Shown here piece by piece: positions 27,501-36,000 of a stretch of 64,000 nucleotides of DNA; within the stretch, counting starts at the first letter, position 1, and each line of letters starts with the position of its first letter. This DNA comes from Marinobacter mangrovi. Its GTDB lineage: Bacteria; Pseudomonadota; Gammaproteobacteria; Pseudomonadales; Oleiphilaceae. The stretch lies in assembly GCF_016798325.1 (NCBI RefSeq), contig NZ_JAERVO010000003.1, positions 455,608-519,607 of the forward strand, written 5' to 3'. A model generated the notes under the pieces. It was not told the DNA's origin. It made no database searches and was given only the letters and a program-made list of their open reading frames with translations. Position numbers and translations under genes: made by a program.

Positions 27501-28415
27501 GTGAAAGCCGTTGGCCAGGACTGTGCCATCTATTTCGGCGCCGGCATCCAGCAGGGCTTTTACAGTCTGAGCGTCGTTACCTCGAGCGGCCAGCCTTAGT
27601 GGTGTCCACCACTCCTGGCAGGAACGAGTCGCGGCTTCGTCTACGTTGAGCGAGAGCAGCTTTATGACGGCTTGGGTCTGTTTACCAATGAGCGCCCAGT
27701 GCAGCGCATTACAGTTCTTCGTCTGCAAATTGGTGCGCAACGCCTCATTCGTCAGCGGGGACAGGTTCCCCGTATAGGCGAGCCAGTTTGTCAAGCCGAG
27801 CACGGGCGGGGGCGTCCAGTTGCCTTGGGCCTTCCAGTACTCGACCAGTTTGATCTGGTGTAGCAGCTTGTCTTTGGCTGACAGAAATGCTGTGCCCTCA
27901 GTTCCATGATCAAGGGGGTTGGCGCCGAGTGTCAGCAGTAACTCGGTGGTGGCCGGTTCGGCATAATTGATTGCAATCTGCAAGACGCTGTGGGTAGCCG
28001 ATGGCGGCCTGGCATTGAGGTTCATTCCCTGTGCCTGGAACCACCGGATGGCATCGGTCCTGTTCGAGGCGACGGCATGGAAAAGAGGCGACCAGCCTGT
28101 TCCATCGAACTCGTTCAGGGCGACCCCTTCTTCGGATAACAACTCAAGGACGTCAATGTGACCTGAGTCGACGGCTGCGGAGACCAGCCGACTGGCATCG
28201 GCGCCGACTTTGGGTAGAGGCAGTCCCTCATGAACCAAAGCCTTCAGGCCCTCGACGTCACCATTGCGTGCGAGCGTGAATAAGGCCGTTTCCGCCGAGG
28301 CGGGCGCACCCTGCAGAAGCAGGGATAGCAGCAGAGCCTGTCGTAACAGGGCGTTGCTCTTGGCGGCGAGTTTCTGTCCGATCGAAGAAAAAGAGGGGCA
28401 GTTACTTGGTCCCAT
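24573..28415 (-). CDS. Giant ankyrin-repeat protein (1280 aa) with N-terminal signal peptide
   Basis: Signal peptide 'LLLSLLLQGAPASA'; more than 25 ANK-type repeats throughout ('GNTALMLAAKHQKDPVVGALLKAGADP', 'GRTPLMVAVMSGDATMARALLAQGAWVDVYDEDHSSPLYMAV'). Confidence 0.8.
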   Translation of the reverse strand: MGPSNCPSFSSIGQKLAAKSNALLRQALLLSLLLQGAPASAETALFTLARNGDVEGLKALVHEGLPLPKVGADASRLVSAAVDSGHIDVLELLSEEGVALNEFDGTGWSPLFHAVASNRTDAIRWFQAQGMNLNARPPSATHSVLQIAINYAEPATTELLLTLGANPLDHGTEGTAFLSAKDKLLHQIKLVEYWKAQGNWTPPPVLGLTNWLAYTGNLSPLTNEALRTNLQTKNCNALHWALIGKQTQAVIKLLSLNVDEAATRSCQEWWTPLRLAARGNDAQTVKALLDAGAEIDGTVLANGFHHGQHDANALLLARANPQQSWQFRTYDKAVWLLDAGQPDIVRAAIQRGYFDPSEVARAAVNSHHLKLLDWLHAQGVPLSKFFKYAADAGNQEAGEWAIQQGLSVSETGEYGTTPFEEAAQEGNVELAKQVWPGKEIASRHAAVLKAAAEMPAWNQTTLDLAKSYGAKKDPLLCAALFAGNTSLAVDLLELGANVNTPLCSAPALAITHSNPDLLKTMIEAGAPLAPGGYSLLAKAVEKGDSEVARILLENGALPEGGPRDYESPLSTAVEHADIRTVRLLLKHGASPSRIGHSADRSPLLISEREDFQFIHDVLASASGTSADNNGTQPSLKRDSETKSGAMRFRAAAAQGDLNQVQSFIGDPVSLDSTDELGNTALMLAAKHQKDPVVGALLKAGADPTLTNNNGETAAHIALRAGDAEIASKLVVPAIIKKADSRGRQIIHLAAAYGTPQLLDKVIDMGANTDAKDASGKTALDIALHTNDNNALALIQRGIHPPIRAGLLSELYRLDGVKAYLSEHRQAVSQRNLNQDPVMGMLVAALATHDQSRLETLIGQNLDLNKGYMNQGLLSIADQYNNLKAMRTLLEADVEVKVDDDLFNGVEPVSVALRNGDTALADRLIDSIGWWDRDDYLEEHIEGIAADAPALWLAGVIDDLDINDRGLLGDTLLHRAIKANTDGTLIQLLLDAGTDLDTTNNDGKTPADLALENDAASTPFAVRKALAQLLLKSGKIVNPVVAGVLEGSLPTDTTPEKINATDENTQMSAVEAAILSDNDPALRFLLDHDARVSNRALFIAVSSGNTDRFKSLQGHLLDINPRNAKGRTPLMVAVMSGDATMARALLAQGAWVDVYDEDHSSPLYMAVKNNDEDMVDVLLNAGADPSGVSAHMKAHTILTAATYAGVRVLERLLDAGASLDYTWVDRNLIKSAYVGENRAITHYLENHKEWPGFSRSPYLDRALSQNNERVVRWLLDKGVTF

Positions 28416-28621
28416 AGAAACAGACTATCCTTGTCAAATTGAGCCGTCTTTTCGGTTACCGGGAATGTGTCCCCATTGCGCGGGCGTGATGCCGACCTGG
28501 CTGTCCATTCGTGATGGCGTCGTCCGTTCAAAACCATGGCCGTGCTGTCAGGGACAGCAACCTCGGATCGCGATCAGGTGTTGGGGAATTTACCCGAAGA
28601 TCCTGAGCCCGGGAAGACGGG

Positions 28622-28954
28622 TTAATCCCCATGATCCGGAAGGAAGGTTTTGGCAAACGTGCCCAATTCTTTGGAAACTCTCTCGCGAATCGCCGCGCGG
28701 TCTTCCGGAGACAGGTCGTACCTTTCTGCCAAAGCGACGAAATCGTCTTCATGCAGCGTAACGGTCAGGCGGGGTCTGGCGCGTTTTTTGCGGTAGGACA
28801 GGCCAAGCACCTTGCGAACCATGTCCGACGGGTTGAGGTCCTGCATGACGGCAGCAACCCTGAAGGCCCGCTGGATATCGCTGGAAAGGTCAAAGGCCAT
28901 TTGGACAGCCCTGACGGCTTTATATTCACGCGACCAGTCGGATTGCTTCTTCAT
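28622..28954 (-). CDS. Hypothetical small protein
   Basis: 110-aa ORF; no family recognised. Confidence 0.3.
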   Translation of the reverse strand: MKKQSDWSREYKAVRAVQMAFDLSSDIQRAFRVAAVMQDLNPSDMVRKVLGLSYRKKRARPRLTVTLHEDDFVALAERYDLSPEDRAAIRERVSKELGTFAKTFLPDHGD

Positions 28955-29017
28955 CTTGACTCCGAAGGGAAAGCACCGGCTGCAGAGGCAGCCGGATAGA
29001 AGTAGAGCGATAACAGG

Positions 29018-29707
29018 TTATTGAGATTGCTTCAGACGTGCCAGCACGTTGTCGACAGCTTCGTTGCCGCCATCGATCCCGGCGGCCTGCAGTTTTTCGT
29101 CCAGATCTTCGCCAGTCATTTCTTTTTCCAGCTGACTCCGGGCGGATTGCCGGTCTTCCTCGCGGGCCTGCCTCTCACGAATGCGTTCAAGCGTTTCCTT
29201 GGCGGTGCTGAGGGAGGATTGGTTGCTGTTGATGTTGGTATCGATTTGGGCCGTTGTCCGAAGCACCCGCTCATTGGTCTTAACGACCTGCAGCTCTCGC
29301 CGATATTCGCCCAATTGCTTTTCAGCTCGCTTAACGCGTTCTTTCAAACCGTTGATGCGCTCTCTAAGCAGGCTGTGGGCTTTAGTGAGTTCTTGCTTGC
29401 GCTGCTCGTGGCCGACGATACGTTCGGCCACTTCCCGTGCAAGTGCCTCCTGGCCGGCTGAGAGGGCCTTGCGGGCGTCTTCTTCCCGTCTTTCGGAGTT
29501 GGTCTGTTCCGTATCGATCTGACGTGACAGGGAGGCGGCTTCAGCCATCAGGGCGGCGAGTTCCTGTTTTGCCTGCTTGAGCTCGTGCTCACCGTCTCGC
29601 AGTTCCTGCTCCAGGATGCGGCTACCCTGGCTGTCCACAACAGCCTCGCCCACTTCGTTGACGCTTCCGCGAACGGCGGTCAGCAATTTCTTGAGTACGG
29701 CTTTCAT
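29018..29707 (-). CDS. PspA/IM30-family protein (YjfJ-like)
   Basis: All-coiled-coil 229-aa protein with PspA-like N-terminus and heptad-rich body. Confidence 0.7.
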   Translation of the reverse strand: MKAVLKKLLTAVRGSVNEVGEAVVDSQGSRILEQELRDGEHELKQAKQELAALMAEAASLSRQIDTEQTNSERREEDARKALSAGQEALAREVAERIVGHEQRKQELTKAHSLLRERINGLKERVKRAEKQLGEYRRELQVVKTNERVLRTTAQIDTNINSNQSSLSTAKETLERIRERQAREEDRQSARSQLEKEMTGEDLDEKLQAAGIDGGNEAVDNVLARLKQSQ

Positions 29708-29722
29708 GTCATCGTCCCCTGA

Positions 29723-30178
29723 TCAGTCCAGAAAGTCTTCAAATGTCTGTAACAGGTCAATTGCATTGTCGGCGAGGGTGACCAACTCCTGCATCACCTC
29801 GGCTTCACTCGAGGTTGGTGTCAGCGCGCCGTAAACGACGTAGTGCTGGTCGACCTTGCCGAGAGAGCTGAGGGGCATGGGCACGCTCAGTCGCAGCATG
29901 TTCTCGTGCAGGTCGGCCAGCTGGCCACTGCGAATTTCACGCTCTTCGAAGAGGTAGACAAGGCACAGTATCTGGGTGTCGGTGATTGTGAGGTAGACAG
30001 GTGTCTCTTCAGCACCGGAAACGACAATTTGCAGCACGGGCTCTTCCCCGGCAACGAGCATGACGTTGAAAGTCCGCCCCGCATGGGAGGCTTCGCCCAG
30101 GGCAAGAATGAGGGATTGGGTGTCCACATTAAGCTCCTTTTTCCGTGGCTCGTACAACTGCGGCTCCGGCTGAAGCAT
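29723..30178 (-). CDS. DUF2170-family protein (YjfI-like)
   Basis: About 150 aa immediately upstream of the PspA-like gene, as in E. coli yjfIJ. Start set at 'MLQPEPQL'; the track ORF extends to 30286. Confidence 0.45.
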   Translation of the reverse strand: MLQPEPQLYEPRKKELNVDTQSLILALGEASHAGRTFNVMLVAGEEPVLQIVVSGAEETPVYLTITDTQILCLVYLFEEREIRSGQLADLHENMLRLSVPMPLSSLGKVDQHYVVYGALTPTSSEAEVMQELVTLADNAIDLLQTFEDFLD

Positions 30179-30374
30179 GCCAAATCGCGGTTGTAACTGA
30201 ATGACATAAAATGTCACAAAGCTGAGTCTATACCTTAAAATTAATTTCTTGCAATAAAATATTTTGTTGCGGTATAACGTCTCCACCGTGACAGATTATG
30301 TCGTGTTTGTGTGTCGCGACCGCTTCAGGAAGGAGCGAAGCTGTCGTCGCCAGAGCCAGGGACGCCAAGAAAAC

Positions 30375-31001
30375 ATGGAAGCCTTTCTTTCAATCACTTT
30401 TTCCTTCCCGACTGCGATTTTTACTGTTCTTCTGATTGTGGCGGTCGCCTACTGGCTTATTTCGATGGTGGGGTTGCTCGATATCGATACGGTCGACGCG
30501 GATGTTGATGGTTCGGTCGACCTGGGGGGGCTGATGGTTACTCTGGGACTTCAGGGCGTCCCCCTGCCACTTGTTCTGACCGTGTTGTTTCTCGTCTGCT
30601 GGTTGTTTACCTATTTCTGTGACCTGTTCCTCGGGCCGGTCGTTGGTGATGGTTGGCCGCACATCCTGTTCGGTGTGATCGTCATTTCTATTGCCCTGGT
30701 GATCAGCCTCCTGATTACGGCCGTGCTCGTCCGCCCCCTGCGACCTCTGTTTCGACGGGCTTATCGCCGCCCACAGCAAAAGCAGCTGGTTGGAGCACCC
30801 TGCGTGGTCCTGGCCTTCAATTCGAAAAAGGGGCGAGGGCGTGCTGAAGTCGTTCGTGATGGCGCCCACCTCATTCTTCAGATTCGAAGCGATGCTCGAT
30901 TCGGTCGTCGCGAACGTGCGGTTCTGGTGGAATACCTGCCTGACCAGCAAGCCTACTGGGTGGTCCCAGAGGTTGATTTTCAAACCGGCGACGCCGGTTA
31001 A
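30375..31001 (+). CDS. NfeD-like/YqiJ-family (DUF1449) inner-membrane protein
   Basis: Three TM helices then a C-terminal OB-like soluble domain; directly upstream of a flotillin gene (yqiJK-like pair). Start at 'MEAFLS'. Confidence 0.55.
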   Translation: MEAFLSITFSFPTAIFTVLLIVAVAYWLISMVGLLDIDTVDADVDGSVDLGGLMVTLGLQGVPLPLVLTVLFLVCWLFTYFCDLFLGPVVGDGWPHILFGVIVISIALVISLLITAVLVRPLRPLFRRAYRRPQQKQLVGAPCVVLAFNSKKGRGRAEVVRDGAHLILQIRSDARFGRRERAVLVEYLPDQQAYWVVPEVDFQTGDAG

Positions 31002-31027
31002 CTTGCCCAGCAACTCAGGAGAGAATC

Positions 31028-32968
31028 GTGGATATGGACTTGTCTTGGATCATGCCGGTGCTGGTATCTGCCGGGATACTGGTGGTCGTGCTACTGGCGA
31101 TTTTGACGCTGTTCAAGGCGTTCTATCGAAAGGTGGATCAGGGAGAGGCGCTAATCGTCAACGACCTGTCCGCCACACCGAAGGTGTACTTTACCGGCGC
31201 GATGGTGCTGCCAGTCATCCACCGCTCGGAAACCATGAAAATTTCCGTGATTACGTTGGAGCTGAACCGGACCGGCAATGAAGGCCTGATTTGTAAGGAC
31301 AACCTGCGAGCGGACATCACCGTTGCCTTCTACCTGCGGGTGAATGAGACAGCGGAAGATGTCCTCCGGGTTGCCAAATCGGTGGGAGTGGGGCGCGCCT
31401 CGGACCGTACGGCAGTCAATGAGCTGTTCAACGCGAAGTTCAGCGAAGCATTAAAAACCGTCGGTAAGAAGATGGAATTCATGCAGCTCTTTGAGGAGCG
31501 GCAGCGGTTTCGGGATGCCATCGTCGAGACCATTGGCGAGGATCTTAACGGCTATATCCTGGAAGACGTGGCCATCGACTACCTGGAGCAAACGCCGAAG
31601 AGCGCGCTGGATCCGAACAATATCCTGGATTCCGAAGGCATTCGCCGGATCACCGAAATTACGGCGATGCATAATGTGGAAACCAATCGCTTGGAGCGGG
31701 ATCAGCAGCTTGAGATCCAGCGGAAGAATGTATCGGCCCGGGAAGCGTCGCTGGAACTGGAGCGTACCCAGGCGGATGCCGAGGCTCGCCAGCAGCGCGA
31801 GATTGAAACCCTGAAAGCCCGTGAGGCTTCCGAGACGGAGCAGGTGCGTCAACAGGAGCGTGCTAAAGCTGAGGCCGCACGGATCAAAACCGACGAAGAA
31901 GTCGAGATTGCCGAAGAGAACAAGCGTCGCCAGACCGAAATGGCCGTCAAGGCGCGTGAGCGTGCGGTGCAGATTGAAGAGGTCCGTATCCAGCAGGCGC
32001 GTGAACTGGAGGACGTGAACCGCGAACGCGCGGTGGAAATCGAGCGCATCGGTATGGAGAAATCGCTGGAGGAAGAGCGTAAGGAGATTGCGGTCATTAC
32101 CAGCGAACGCATTGCGGTTGAGCGCGGTGTGGCTGAGGAAGAAGAGAACATCAAGGATGTTCGTAACCGTTCCGAGGCTGAGCGCCTGAAAGTGCAGAGC
32201 GTGATTGCGGCGGAAGCGGATGCCGAAGAGAACAAGCTCAAAGAGGTCAAAGCTGCAGAAGCCGCCTATGAGCGGGCTAAGCTGGAAGCTGACGAAGTCG
32301 TGATACGCGCTCAGTCGGATCTGGATTCGGCGGAGAAGAAAGCCGCTGCGGACGAGAAGTCGGCCCGTGGTCGGCAGGCACTGGCAGCCGCCGACGGTCT
32401 TGCCCAGGCTCAGGTCATGGAGGCCCGTGCGACAGCTCAGCGGGCTGAAGGCTTGGCCCAGGCGGAAGTCAAAACCGCGACCGCCAAGGCTGACGAAGAG
32501 GCTGGCATGGCCGAGGTCCGCGTACTGGATCATCGCCTGGATACTGAAGCCCAAGGCGAAGAGAAGATGGGGCTGGCCAAGGCCCAGGCGCGCGAAGCCA
32601 TGGCCCGCGCCGAGGCCAATGGTCTGGTTGAGAAGCTCAAGGCCTACGACAACATGTCCGAAGAGGCTCGCCACTTCGAGCAGTTCCGCATGAACCTCGA
32701 GGTCCACGAAAAAGAAACCATGGCCACGATCGAAGCGCAGCGCATCGGCATGCTGGAGAATGGCAAGGTGATGTCGGCGGCCCTGAAGGACGCCAAGTTC
32801 GAGATGATCGGTGGCGATGGCGACATCTTCGAGAAATTCGCCAAGGGCCTGGGCTATGGCAAGACCGTACAAGGGGTTCTGGACAAGTCACCGGCACTAC
32901 AGGCCGCTCTGGCGGGAATTTCCGACCGTGCCCTGAACGGCAAGTCGAATTCCACCGAAAACGCCTGA
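31028..32968 (+). CDS. Flotillin-like SPFH/band-7 protein (YqiK-like)
   Basis: N-terminal TM, SPFH domain ('DNLRADITVAFYLRV'), long Glu/Ala/Arg-rich coiled-coil tail. Confidence 0.8.
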   Translation: MDMDLSWIMPVLVSAGILVVVLLAILTLFKAFYRKVDQGEALIVNDLSATPKVYFTGAMVLPVIHRSETMKISVITLELNRTGNEGLICKDNLRADITVAFYLRVNETAEDVLRVAKSVGVGRASDRTAVNELFNAKFSEALKTVGKKMEFMQLFEERQRFRDAIVETIGEDLNGYILEDVAIDYLEQTPKSALDPNNILDSEGIRRITEITAMHNVETNRLERDQQLEIQRKNVSAREASLELERTQADAEARQQREIETLKAREASETEQVRQQERAKAEAARIKTDEEVEIAEENKRRQTEMAVKARERAVQIEEVRIQQARELEDVNRERAVEIERIGMEKSLEEERKEIAVITSERIAVERGVAEEEENIKDVRNRSEAERLKVQSVIAAEADAEENKLKEVKAAEAAYERAKLEADEVVIRAQSDLDSAEKKAAADEKSARGRQALAAADGLAQAQVMEARATAQRAEGLAQAEVKTATAKADEEAGMAEVRVLDHRLDTEAQGEEKMGLAKAQAREAMARAEANGLVEKLKAYDNMSEEARHFEQFRMNLEVHEKETMATIEAQRIGMLENGKVMSAALKDAKFEMIGGDGDIFEKFAKGLGYGKTVQGVLDKSPALQAALAGISDRALNGKSNSTENA

Positions 32969-32986
32969 TCCACGCCTCGGACCCGT

Positions 32987-33013
32987 GTGCCGGCCTGTCT
33001 GACCGGCCGGCAC
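32987..33013 (+). terminator. Perfect 9-bp GC stem-loop (gtgccggcc-N9-ggccggcac) between flotillin and the downstream giant gene; no U tract
   Basis: Inverted repeat read directly; lies 18 nt after the flotillin stop and 42 nt before ATG 33055. Confidence 0.3.
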
Positions 33014-33054
33014 CGGGCCCACTCCCTTCTTCGATTTCGTATCCAGGATGATCC

Positions 33055-36000
33055 ATGTCGACGGACCGCAGCGAGCTTGAATCCATAGTCAGGGAAGGAA
33101 CCGCCTTTGAAACCATTCAGAAGCGACTGAAAGAACAGGGCCGCCAGCTCCGCTCATCGGTCGAATCCTTGAACACCACACGGTCGGAGCTTTTTGGCAG
33201 CGCCGGTATGCAGGTGCTAGGGCGTGGGCGTATCCGGACAGAGAACAACTCGGTGGCGCGGGATGTTGTGCGCATCGGGGATCGTCTGCTGTTCGGGTTC
33301 AATGTTCAGCTTGGGCTTCGCAAAGCCCTCGCGATTGGGGACGTCTTCCGCCTCTATGGTCTGAAGGACTCCGAGGACGGTTTCGAGGTGACCGAAGCGC
33401 CCATTGAGGGCAGCTTCCTGGAAGACCGTCGCTTCCAGACGGATTTCCGGGAACTACAGCAGTATTACAGCTACGCCACGCTGTCCCAGTTGGCGATCAT
33501 GAGCGGCATGCTGCTGATGTCCTTCCGTATTGGAGAGAAACTGAGCGATCGTCGGGTCTTTCGTTGGGAATTGGCGGCGAATGGGGAAGTCAGCCGCTAT
33601 GTGGACAATCGCGGCGAGCGTGATCTGGTGTTTCCCGGCCGGTTCAGCTTCCCGTGGGTGACCGCGGGGCGCGACAATCAGGTCCAGGGCCGGGCCCCGC
33701 ACCTCAACATCGCGGATACCCTTTTCATCGATAACCTGCGCGGCGACATTACCTTCAAGGTTGAAAACAACACCAAAACCGGCGAAGGCATCTTCTCTGA
33801 TCCGGTCGACTCTGACTCCCAGTCACTCGACGATGCGACTTTCGAGTATGCGGACCTCGGGGAGGTCATTCTGGTTCGCATCCTGCCATTCGGCGAAGAT
33901 CATTGGCGCTACTATCTGTTCAACCGCGTCACGAAACTGGTGGAGCGTAACGATGCCATGGGAGGATCCGTCGTGACCCTGCCGGAGAACCATGGCCTTA
34001 TTTTCCCGACCGGCTATTACCTGTCCAGCGGCGAGCTAAAGACGTTTGCCGTCCCCGATGTGGATCTCCGTTTCGAACGTGCGATCCGTTCGCCGAACGG
34101 CGAAGACGTTCTCTACGTGTTCTACGGGGAAGATGCGGGCGAGGTGGTGCTCTATCGCTACAACCTCATCCGAAAGGAAGCTGATGCGCCGATGATCGGG
34201 CATGGTTTTGCCCTGTTCGAAAATGGCCATCTCGCCATTTTCAACGCGGACAGCGAACCAACCCTCGTTCATCCGCTTCAGCTCTGGACGACGCCGTTCA
34301 TGTCCGAGAGCTATCACGCCCAGGACGCCGTGGGTAATGACACCCTCATGGGTCGTATTGGGAACCCGGAACTGGTCAGAGGCATCGCCGAGATTAATTC
34401 CATCGTCACTCTGGTGGAAAAGTCGACGGCTTCCGAACAGCACTACACCACACTGATCCGGACGTCCGACCGGGTACTCAATCAGTTCTACTGGATCGGA
34501 GAGCTTGGTGACGAGGTGCAGGGCAATGACCTTGCCGGTCAGTTGGCCCAGGTACGAAAGACCGCCGAGCTGATGCTGGACGAGTACGAAAAAGTCCAGA
34601 GCATTCGCAGCCAGACCGCTATGGCCGTCAGCGAAGCGGGTGAAGTCCAGGGAAAGCTGTTGCGGAGCCTCAAGCCTGACAGCTGGAAAACCCCCGACCA
34701 GTTCGTGGCGCACCTCAAGCAGGTGCGTGATCATCGCGGGGTCGTACGGACCTTGCGGGATCGTCGTTACATCGACGAATCGGCCATCGAGGCACTGGAG
34801 CAGGAACTGGACCAGGCCGAGCAGCGACTGACGGACCGTACGTTTAACTTCCTGGCGACGCCGGCGGCGCTGGATGGGTACCGCAAGACCCTGGCGGATC
34901 TCGCCCAGTCCGTGAACGACGCCTCGTCAAGGGACGAACTGGCCAAGTGCGTCGAACAGTACCGCGAACTTACCGCCGGGTTGGATATGATCCAGGGCAT
35001 GCTGGCTTCCCTGTCCGGCGACAATGCGAGCCTGGAAACCCAGATTACCGAGAACATCTCGGGCATCTACGCCCGGATCAACCAGCAGCGGTCCGAGGCC
35101 GAGATTCGCCTTAAGGAGCAAGGCAGCCAGGAGGCCAAGGCGCAGTTTGCGGCCCGTATGCGGCTGTTTGAGCAGAGTCTGTCCAACGGTGTCGGGGCGC
35201 TGACAGAACCGGACGCCTGCGATGGCCTGATGACCCGGATGCTGGATCAGCTTCAGGAACTGGAAAGCCAGTTCGGTGAGTATGATGAGTTCCTGGCCGC
35301 CATCCTGGAACAGCGGGAGGCTGCCCACGAGAGCATCGAGGCGCGCCGCCAGCAGTTGCAGGACCAGCGCCAACGTCGCATTAACACGCTGAACGATGCG
35401 GCGGATCGCATACTTCGCAACATCGCGCGCCGCACTGAGCGTTTCGAAAGTCAGGAAGAACTGCACGCCTTCTTTGCCTCCGACGCCATGGTGGCCAAGG
35501 TCCGCAGCATGGCCCAGGAGCTGCGCGATATGGGCGCCAGCATGGAGGCCGATGACTGCGAGGGGCGGTTGGCGTCGGAACGGGATTCGGCGTTACGCAG
35601 CGTTCGTGATCGTGCCGACATCTACGAGGATGGCGGGCAGGTCATACGCCTGGGGCCGCGTCACCGGTTTTCCGTCAATCGCCAGGAGGTGGACCTGACG
35701 CTGGTCCCCCGGGACGATCGGGTCTTGCTCCATATGACCGGTACGCAGTATTACGAGCCCATCGAGGACGCCGAGTTGGAATCCCTGAAGTCATACTGGG
35801 ACATGAGCCAGCCGTCGGAGTCGGAAGCCGTATACCGGGCGGAGTACCTGGCCTTTCTGGTGATGGGCGCCTTGCAGGAAGAGACCGAGGAATCCGTCAA
35901 CGTCGCCAACCGCGACGAACTTGCCGACTATATCCGGCGGTTCGCGTCGCCGAGGTACCGAGAAGGCTATGAGAAAGGCATCCACGATCACGACGCGGCA

